DNA from: Negaprion brevirostris
Taxonomy: Eukaryota
DNA: 64,000 bases
Direction of reading: 5' to 3'
Assembly (NCBI GenBank): GCA_030324005.1
Contig: JARDVH010000124.1
Location: forward strand, 18,484,792 to 18,548,791
The notes beneath the pieces were generated by a model. The model saw only the letters and a program-made list of their open reading frames with translations, did no database searches and was not told the DNA's origin. The position numbers and the translations under genes are program-made. Below are positions 61,101 through 64,000 of this stretch, one piece after another; the first letter of the stretch is position 1; every line of letters starts with the position of its first letter.

Positions 61101-62561
61101 TAAGTCTATGGAAACATTTAAAATTCTGATATTTTTCTAAATATGGATAGTGAGTTNNNNNNNNNNNNNNNNNNNNNNNNNNNNNNNNNNNNNNNNNNNN
61201 NNNNNNNNNNNNNNNNNNNNNNNNNNNNNNNNNNNNNNNNNNNNNNNNNNNNNNNNNNNNNNNNNNNNNNNNNNNNNNNNNNNNNNNNNNNNNNNNNNNN
61301 NNNNNNNNNNNNNNNNNNNNNNNNNNNNNNNNNNNNNNNNNNNNNNNNNNNNNNNNNNNNNNNNNNNNNNNNNNNNNNNNNNNNNNNNNNNNNNNNNNNN
61401 NNNNNNNNNNNNNNNNNNNNNNNNNNNNNNNNNNNNNNNNNNNNNNNNNNNNNNNNNNNNNNNNNNNNNNNNNNNNNNNNNNNNNNNNNNNNNNNNNNNN
61501 NNNNNNNNNNNNNNNNNNNNNNNNNNNNNNNNNNNNNNNNNNNNNNNNNNNNNNNNNNNNNNNNNNNNNNNNNNNNNNNNNNNNNNNNNNNNNNNNNNNN
61601 NNNNNNNNNNNNNNNNNNNNNNNNNNNNNNNNNNNNNNNNNNNNNNNNNNNNNNNNNNNNNNNNNNNNNNNNNNNNNNNNNNNNNNNNNNNNNNNNNNNN
61701 NNNNNNNNNNNNNNNNNNNNNNNNNNNNNNNNNNNNNNNNNNNNNNNNNNNNNNNNNNNNNNNNNNNNNNNNNNNNNNNNNNNNNNNNNNNNNNNNNNNN
61801 NNNNNNNNNNTGGGCCAAGGTGTCTGGTGGATTTTACCAGTTTGCCCTGCTTTGGGCAGTGCCAGAATGCTTGGCTGGCACTGCCCAAGGGGCACCTGCC
61901 TTACCCCTGACCTCCTGGGGGCAGGGGCTTCTCCATGGCTCTCCTTCACTCTATTGGGACCAGGCTGCCAGCTCCCCGTTAGTGGGGAACAGTCGTAAAC
62001 CTCGCTGGAGTGAATCACTCCCGATGGGGTGACGCTGGCAGGCTAGGACACTTCAGTCCCAGGCCACTAATGAAATGGAAAACTTGATTTCCATATGGCA
62101 ATCAACTTCACATTGATTCCCAGTGCAGAGTTGATTATTCTGGAAATCTACGGCTGGGAGATGTGCAAAGGCCATGGCGCCCAGCAAGAAGTCCATGAAA
62201 CGGCCTTTGTTGATGTCTGTCAGCCCGCTGCGTTGCTAGAGCAGCACAGCGGGCTGGGAAAATTGCCCCCATTTAATTAACCCGAAAGTGTCACTTCCAC
62301 TATTTTGATTCCTAAAACATCTTTTCACCAAATTTCAGCTGTTTTCTTTCATTATCCCCATTTCCCGAACAGATATAGTGCATATTATTTGACAAAGATC
62401 TATTTAGAGATTGTTGGTTGCAACCAATAATGCACCTAATTAATTTTGCATCTGAGTGGTTTGCTCTTGTTGTTTACAGTCCACTTGCTTGTTTCTAGGC
62501 CGTGCTGATTAGGAAAAAACCTCCAGAAGAAAATGCATTACAGGAACTCCGAGGAATGTTG
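1134..62561 (+). CDS. shtn1-like: Shootin-family (SHTN1-like, probably shootin-2 paralogue) gene, partial; 11 coding exons visible, both ends outside the window
   Basis: Exons at 1134-1194, 12789-12883, 29324-29421, 33288-33369, 48004-48098, 51049-51195, 52497-52650, 53902-54007, 56219-56298, 60264-60361 and 62499-62561. They translate to ...[27 protein letters not shown]...[22 protein letters not shown]...[10 protein letters not shown]...PPPPPPPPP...[20 protein letters not shown]...ALQELRGML, colinear with shootin-1 as recalled (SHMVIEEV..HLEIEKTCRESAE; LEKDLRKKAES; KLKRQSHLLL; [20 protein letters not shown]; AVDELKGIL). Phases are compatible across all adjacent exons found. Confidence 0.93.
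2332..2966 (-). mobile_element. Probable solo LTR inserted in the Gypsy RT
   Basis: Splits the RT motif FSK(LDL)|SQAYLQ. On the minus strand it shows CCAAT/ATTGG boxes, then TATAAA (2514-2509), AATAAA (2435-2430) and a terminal CA (2333-2332). No clear TSD. Confidence 0.55.
3865..4730 (+). mobile_element. CR1 (HER1-like) LINE 3' fragment
   Basis: [55 protein letters not shown] (ORFs 3712, 4152, 4405); ctctatga tail. Confidence 0.92.
5473..5718 (-). mobile_element. HE1-type V-SINE (variant tail)
   Basis: Reverse complement of the tRNA-derived head gcacagtggttagc..ggttcgattcc plus the V-domain tttgcacattctcc..tgtgtctgcgtg. Confidence 0.9.
8073..10272 (+). mobile_element. Vingi/Ingi-like LINE relic (RT plus C-terminal CCHC), 5' truncated, A-rich tail
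   Basis: [72 protein letters not shown]|ANDIC, and C-terminal [45 protein letters not shown] (ORF 9982..10266), then aaataaataaa. Confidence 0.75.
8962..9313 (-). mobile_element. tRNA-derived shark SINE (SacSINE/DeuSINE-like) inserted in the Vingi RT
   Basis: Reverse complement head tattgtcactggactagtagtcc..gggacccaaattcaaattcc; tail gatgcccacattccatgaacaaataaaaa; same family as 22873-23060 and 51270-51625. Confidence 0.7.
11800..12400 (-). mobile_element. Very old minus-strand Gypsy gag/integrase remnant (tentative)
   Basis: Faint zinc-knuckle-like (..YNCG..QH) and integrase-like (SST..TIEK, NGL..Q) traces on the minus strand; heavily decayed. Confidence 0.25.
12789..12883 (+). CDS. shtn1-like: Shootin-like coding exon (exon 4 equivalent), 95 nt, phase 1->0
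   Basis: Acceptor ttattacAG, donor GTatat; (V)[31 protein letters not shown]; overlaps ORF 12758..13000. Confidence 0.95.
13625..14205 (-). mobile_element. CR1/L2-group LINE RT fragment
   Basis: [40 protein letters not shown] (ORF 13873..14058). Confidence 0.85.
14320..14600 (+). mobile_element. HE1-type V-SINE
   Basis: gggcagcacagtggttagcgctgctgcctcacagc head, V-domain, and gatgggctgaatggcc..ttctatg CR1-derived tail. Confidence 0.9.
15215..15650 (-). mobile_element. CR1 LINE RT fragment
   Basis: [19 protein letters not shown]; [14 protein letters not shown] (ORFs 15488, 15262). Confidence 0.9.
16000..16083. repeat. Tandem repeat, 4 x 21 bp (agcactccagtgcaggcaggc)
   Basis: Copies start at 16000, 16021, 16042 and 16063; three are identical and one has a single mismatch. 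Confidence 0.95.
17490..22460 (+). mobile_element. Fragmented CR1/L2-group LINE (endonuclease to 3' tail) with nested CR1 pieces
   Basis: DFNALHQMW endonuclease-like piece (~17550), [22 protein letters not shown] (20060-20280) and 3' tail gatgggcaataaa..cacatcc (~21950), interleaved with other repeats and N gaps. Confidence 0.7.
20555..21360 (+). mobile_element. CR1 (HER1-like) 3' fragment
   Basis: [44 protein letters not shown]; (actctatg)n tail. Confidence 0.9.
22873..23060 (+). mobile_element. tRNA-derived shark SINE head
   Basis: ggggaggcagtgg..ctagtaatccagagacccag..gggttcaaatcccacc, with A/B-box-like head. Confidence 0.7.
24271..24770. mobile_element. Tigger/pogo-like non-autonomous DNA element
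   Basis: Ends caggttgagaatcc ... ggatttcagataaaggatattacatctgTA resemble Tigger TIRs; internal ~37-bp direct duplication near 24381 and 24454. Confidence 0.5.
25430..26975 (-). mobile_element. L2 LINE 3' fragment, interrupted by a SINE
   Basis: [23 protein letters not shown], and an L2-type tail (reverse complement of ..aaatgcaag); ORFs 25970 and 25891. Confidence 0.8.
26449..26779 (-). mobile_element. HE1-type V-SINE
   Basis: tagaatcatagaatc tail through the gcagtgctaaccactgagccaccatgccaccc head. Confidence 0.92.
29324..29421 (+). CDS. shtn1-like: Shootin-like exon 6 equivalent, 98 nt, phase 1->0, lacking a canonical AG acceptor
   Basis: (x)[32 protein letters not shown] vs human (E)LRDQIVSVQEEKKILAIELENLKSKLVEVIEE; perfect donor GTaagt at 29422. 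Upstream reads gtaacttaaAA with no polypyrimidine tract and an in-frame TAA at 29314. Confidence 0.7.
29715..31070 (+). mobile_element. CR1 3' fragments (two pieces, with an N gap and a MITE piece between)
   Basis: [55 protein letters not shown]. Confidence 0.85.
31292..31808. mobile_element. Two abutting Harbinger-type MITEs (31292-31406 and 31410-31808)
   Basis: Imperfect TIRs gg(c/g)nggattttat/gttaaattctggcc and gggtggaatttt/ataaaacccccc, with 3-bp t(a/g)a flanks. Confidence 0.55.
32215..32600 (+). mobile_element. CR1 fragment
   Basis: [35 protein letters not shown] (ORF 32213). Confidence 0.9.
33288..33369 (+). CDS. shtn1-like: Shootin-like coding exon (exon 7 equivalent), 82 nt, phase 0->1
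   Basis: Acceptor ttatttctAG, weak donor aag|GTtttt; [27 protein letters not shown](V) vs VNKVKQEKTVLNSEVLEQRKVLEKCNR(V), same length. Confidence 0.82.
33690..33969 (-). mobile_element. HE1-type V-SINE (variant tail)
   Basis: gtcacaagtaggcttac..gcaatgaagttactgtgaaaat tail plus gtgctaaccactgtgccacc head. Confidence 0.88.
34150..37410 (+). mobile_element. Degenerate Ty3/Gypsy element (gag, RT, RNase H, integrase remnants)
   Basis: gag-like [14 protein letters not shown]; [12 protein letters not shown]; CICLDP; [31 protein letters not shown]; [29 protein letters not shown]. Confidence 0.8.
35607..35734. mobile_element. Short Harbinger-type MITE inserted in the Gypsy relic
   Basis: TIRs gggtgggattctct/ggagaaatcccccc; aag/aag 3-bp flanks. 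Confidence 0.6.
38352..39475 (-). mobile_element. CR1 3' fragment
   Basis: [41 protein letters not shown] (ORF 38750); ggaacata tail. Confidence 0.92.
39476..40465 (+). mobile_element. CR1 3' fragment (older)
   Basis: [38 protein letters not shown]; cttgttcctatg tail. Confidence 0.85.
41075..41515 (+). mobile_element. CR1 3' end
   Basis: [26 protein letters not shown]; (tcttat)n tail. Confidence 0.88.
41970..42301 (-). mobile_element. HE1-type V-SINE
   Basis: Tail gaatcattgaatc through head gcagtgataaccattgtgcc. Confidence 0.85.
42660..43470 (-). mobile_element. CR1 RT fragment
   Basis: [23 protein letters not shown]; DLVPEDI/KVPHKRL region on the minus strand. Confidence 0.85.
44403..45640. 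mobile_element. Harbinger-type non-autonomous element spanning an N gap
   Basis: TIRs ggctgtgattctccc/gggagaatcatggtc; ata/ata TSD. Confidence 0.6.
46593..46744 (+). mobile_element. Penelope-derived mini-element with a degenerate hammerhead and 10-bp TSD
   Basis: catcacttag at 46583-46592 and 46745-46754; inverted pLTR end acagtaagaactctca/tgagacttcttactgt; core CTGtTGA..GAAAGCTC. Confidence 0.8.
47611..47860 (+). mobile_element. HE1-type V-SINE (variant tail)
   Basis: Head gcactgctgcctca..ggttcaattc; tail aacttcattgcagtgttaatgtaagcctacttgtgacactaaaaaa; about 140 bp upstream of the exon 8 equivalent. Confidence 0.9.
48004..48098 (+). CDS. shtn1-like: Shootin-like coding exon (exon 8 equivalent), 95 nt, phase 1->0
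   Basis: Acceptor tttctctaAG, donor GTatga; (V)[31 protein letters not shown] vs (V)SMLAVEEYEEMQVNLELEKDLRKKAESFAQE. Confidence 0.95.
49261..50129. mobile_element. Harbinger-type non-autonomous element spanning an N gap
   Basis: TIRs gagctcgattttaccatt/aatggtaaaatcgtgcac (16/18 match); tat/tat TSD. Confidence 0.7.
50615..50799 (+). mobile_element. CR1 RT fragment
   Basis: [33 protein letters not shown] (ORF 50673). Confidence 0.92.
51049..51195 (+). CDS. shtn1-like: Shootin-like coding exon (exon 9 equivalent), 147 nt, phase 0->0
   Basis: Acceptor ttattgcAG, donor GTaaga; [49 protein letters not shown]; retains the KRQS motif equivalent to the shootin1 Ser249 PAK1 site. Confidence 0.95.
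51270..51625 (-). mobile_element. Old tRNA-derived shark SINE
   Basis: Diverged copy of the 8962-9313 family. Confidence 0.55.
51900..52228 (-). mobile_element. HE1-type V-SINE
   Basis: catagaatcatagaatccctacagtgc tail through gcagtgctaaccactgggccatcatgccacc head. Confidence 0.93.
52265..52447 (+). pseudogene. 28S rRNA-derived fragment
   Basis: gggagtttgactggggcggtatacctgtca..taaggcaagctcagggaggacagaaacctcccatggagcagaaggtcaaaag matches conserved LSU rRNA (GGGGAGTTTGACTGGGGCGGTACACCTGTCAAA..CTAAGGCGAGCTCAGGGAGGACAGAAACCTCCCGTGGAGCAGAAGGGCAAAAG) with CpG-decay substitutions. Confidence 0.92.
52497..52650 (+). CDS. shtn1-like: Shootin-like coding exon (exon 10 equivalent), 154 nt, phase 0->1
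   Basis: Acceptor gctgccAG, donor GTaagt; [51 protein letters not shown]; lies within ORF 52437..52688. Confidence 0.95.
53902..54007 (+). CDS. shtn1-like: Shootin-like coding exon (exon 11 equivalent, proline-rich), 106 nt, phase 1->2
   Basis: Acceptor ctattacAG, donor GTaata; (V)[34 protein letters not shown]. Confidence 0.92.
54715..55147 (+). mobile_element. HE1-type V-SINE followed by a second SINE tail
   Basis: Body 54715-55000 ends ggattctatgattctatg; a second tail ends ggggattctatga at ~55147. Confidence 0.88.
56219..56298 (+). CDS. shtn1-like: Shootin-like coding exon (exon 12 equivalent), 80 nt, phase 2->1
   Basis: Acceptor tttcaacAG, donor GTgagc; (K)[26 protein letters not shown] vs RSLMSMIRKR...; phases fit both neighbours. 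Confidence 0.85.
56530..57100 (+). mobile_element. CR1/L2-group LINE 3' fragment
   Basis: [21 protein letters not shown]; tail similar to 21600-22010. Confidence 0.75.
57780..58681. mobile_element. Harbinger-type non-autonomous element carrying a minisatellite
   Basis: Imperfect ends gaattttcgttccc/gggaatgaaagattcc; GC-rich interior like the other MITEs in the window. Confidence 0.45.
57900..58205. repeat. Degenerate ~24-bp minisatellite (cccyGAGTCAAcaccccggtct), about 13 units
   Basis: Recurrent gagtcaac/gaatcaac at ~24-27-bp spacing. Confidence 0.9.
58786..59140 (+). mobile_element. HE1-type V-SINE, full length
   Basis: ggggcagcatggtggcatagtggttagcactgc head, V-domain, gggattctatga tail. 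Confidence 0.93.
60264..60361 (+). CDS. shtn1-like: Shootin-like coding exon (exon 13 equivalent, WH2-like actin-binding motif), 98 nt, phase 1->0
   Basis: Acceptor ttttccacAG, donor GTaaca; (G)[32 protein letters not shown]. Confidence 0.95.
62499..62561 (+). CDS. shtn1-like: Shootin-like coding exon (exon 14 equivalent), 63 nt, phase 0->0
   Basis: Acceptor gtttctAG, donor GTgagt; [21 protein letters not shown] vs ..ESAVDELKGIL. Confidence 0.85.
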
Positions 62562-63159
62562 GTGAGTCTAGAATTTAATTCCCAAATTTTTTTGAAGTTC
62601 TCTTTATCTATTTTCTTTCCAGCTGTATGGTTAGTCATACAGATTTTTCACAAACCTTTGCAAATATTATTAACAAAACCATCCAAGAATTACCTGGGCC
62701 AACGTAGCCTTTTTCCTGCAAGTGCAGTTCTCCCAGACTCTAATTGGTTTCACATGGTATCCCTCACATGGACCAATGCTATAAGAAATCAGGCAGTACA
62801 GCACAGTGACTCAAGTTGGATAGCTTTGATTCTTGGGAAAGAAACATTATCTGCTTCACCAGTCGAATGTAAGAGAGATGACCAAATGGTTGTGAACAAA
62901 CAAAGGATTTTTACTTTGTCTAAGGGTGCACGGACAATAGCTGCTACGTGTTTAGCGTGGACTCTGGTGTGTTGTCCACAGTCCAAACTGATTCACTGCT
63001 TTGTACAAAAAATACTGATGATCAAATAGACATAGCTTCTTGTTTCTAAATGCAAGTGCCACAGCTTGGAAAAAAAGAAGAAACCGAATTGAGAAAGATT
63101 GTTACCTGTTTGCAAGTATGGTGAAGGATTTTATTGATCTAGTTTTATCGATGTTGGAA

Positions 63160-63517
63160 GATAGAGAATCCCTACAGTGCAGAAGAAGCTTTTTGGCCCA
63201 TTGAGTCGGCACTAACTCTCTGATAGAATATCTTACCCAGGCCCTCTCCCTGACCCTTTCCCCATAACTCCACACCTTTCTCATCGCTAGTCCATCCAAC
63301 CTACACATCTTGGCACACTAAAGGGCTATTTAGTATGGCCAATCCACTTAACCTGCACATCTTTGAATTGTGGGAAGAAACTGGATCACCCAGAGGAAAC
63401 ACATGCAGACATGGGGGGAAAGTGTAGACTGCACACAGTCATCTGATGTTGGATTTGAACCCGAGTCTCTGGTGCCATGAGGCAGCAGTGCCAACCACTG
63501 TGTCAGTGTGCTGCCCA
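63160..63517 (-). mobile_element. HE1-type V-SINE
   Basis: gaatccctacagtgcagaag tail through ccactgtgtcagtgtgctgccc head. Confidence 0.92.
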
Positions 63518-63834
63518 ATTCTATATTAGAAACCTCAGATACAGCACTCCCAGTGATGGTATGTAACTGTGCCTGTATAGGGTAAAGTTCCAGTTCTAAT
63601 TTCAGTTCATTGCAGACTAGTTAATTTTAGTCAGGGTGGACGTGAATACATTGCAGTTGAGCAACAATGGAGGGGAAATTATTCCCAAGTTTTCACTTCT
63701 GATTTGTTGTCCAGTATGCTAAGATGTGACTAAATGCAGATATTGGATGAAGACAGGATTGGGACTCGTTGTGAAAATCATTCTGATTGAATAGTTCACC
63801 AACAATTATTTTTAGACTTGCACATCTGTAATCT

Positions 63835-64000
63835 TTGAAGAATGAAGGGTGACCTTATTCAAACATATAAGATTCCGAGGGTGCTTGACAGGATAGATGG
63901 TGAGATGCTTTCACTAGTGGGAGAGTCTCGAACAAGGGCCAGTCATTTAAAACTGAGGTGTGGAAATTTCTTCTCACAGAGGGTAGTGAATCTCTGGAAT
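63835..64000 (+). mobile_element. CR1 fragment, runs off the window
   Basis: RMKGDLIQTYKIPRVLDR..GESRTR..FFSQRVVNLWN. Confidence 0.88.

Noticed and set aside
27728-62018. Long ORFs in the track (e.g. 27728..28639, 44669..45580, 49234..49944, 61096..62018)
   Set aside because: Artefacts of reading through N gaps.
62502-63029. 175-aa ORF as an extended terminal exon
   Set aside because: Homology stops at the GTgagt donor (62562); the rest is intron-like with no recognisable similarity.

Overview
This is eukaryotic (vertebrate) DNA, almost certainly from a shark: it is dense in HE1-type V-SINEs and elasmobranch-style CR1/L2 LINE fragments, in a gapped scaffold. The window lies inside one + strand multi-exon gene encoding a shootin-family coiled-coil protein (SHTN1-like, most resembling the fish shootin-2 paralogue). 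I read 11 coding exons by eye, equivalent to SHTN1 exons 3, 4 and 6-14; their phases chain correctly, and the 5' and 3' ends lie outside the window. The exon-5 equivalent could not be found, and the exon-6 equivalent has no AG acceptor. The introns hold nested transposon relics: two Ty3/Gypsy relics, a solo LTR, a Vingi-like LINE, CR1 and L2 fragments, SINEs, and Harbinger-type and Tigger-type MITEs. They also hold two Penelope-derived hammerhead ribozyme motifs (one inside a 152-bp TSD-flanked mini-element), a 28S rRNA-derived fragment next to an exon, and a minisatellite carrying several AP-1 sites. There are no prokaryotic-type systems, CRISPR arrays or intact RNA genes. All family assignments come from recalled motifs, not database searches; repeat boundaries are approximate.
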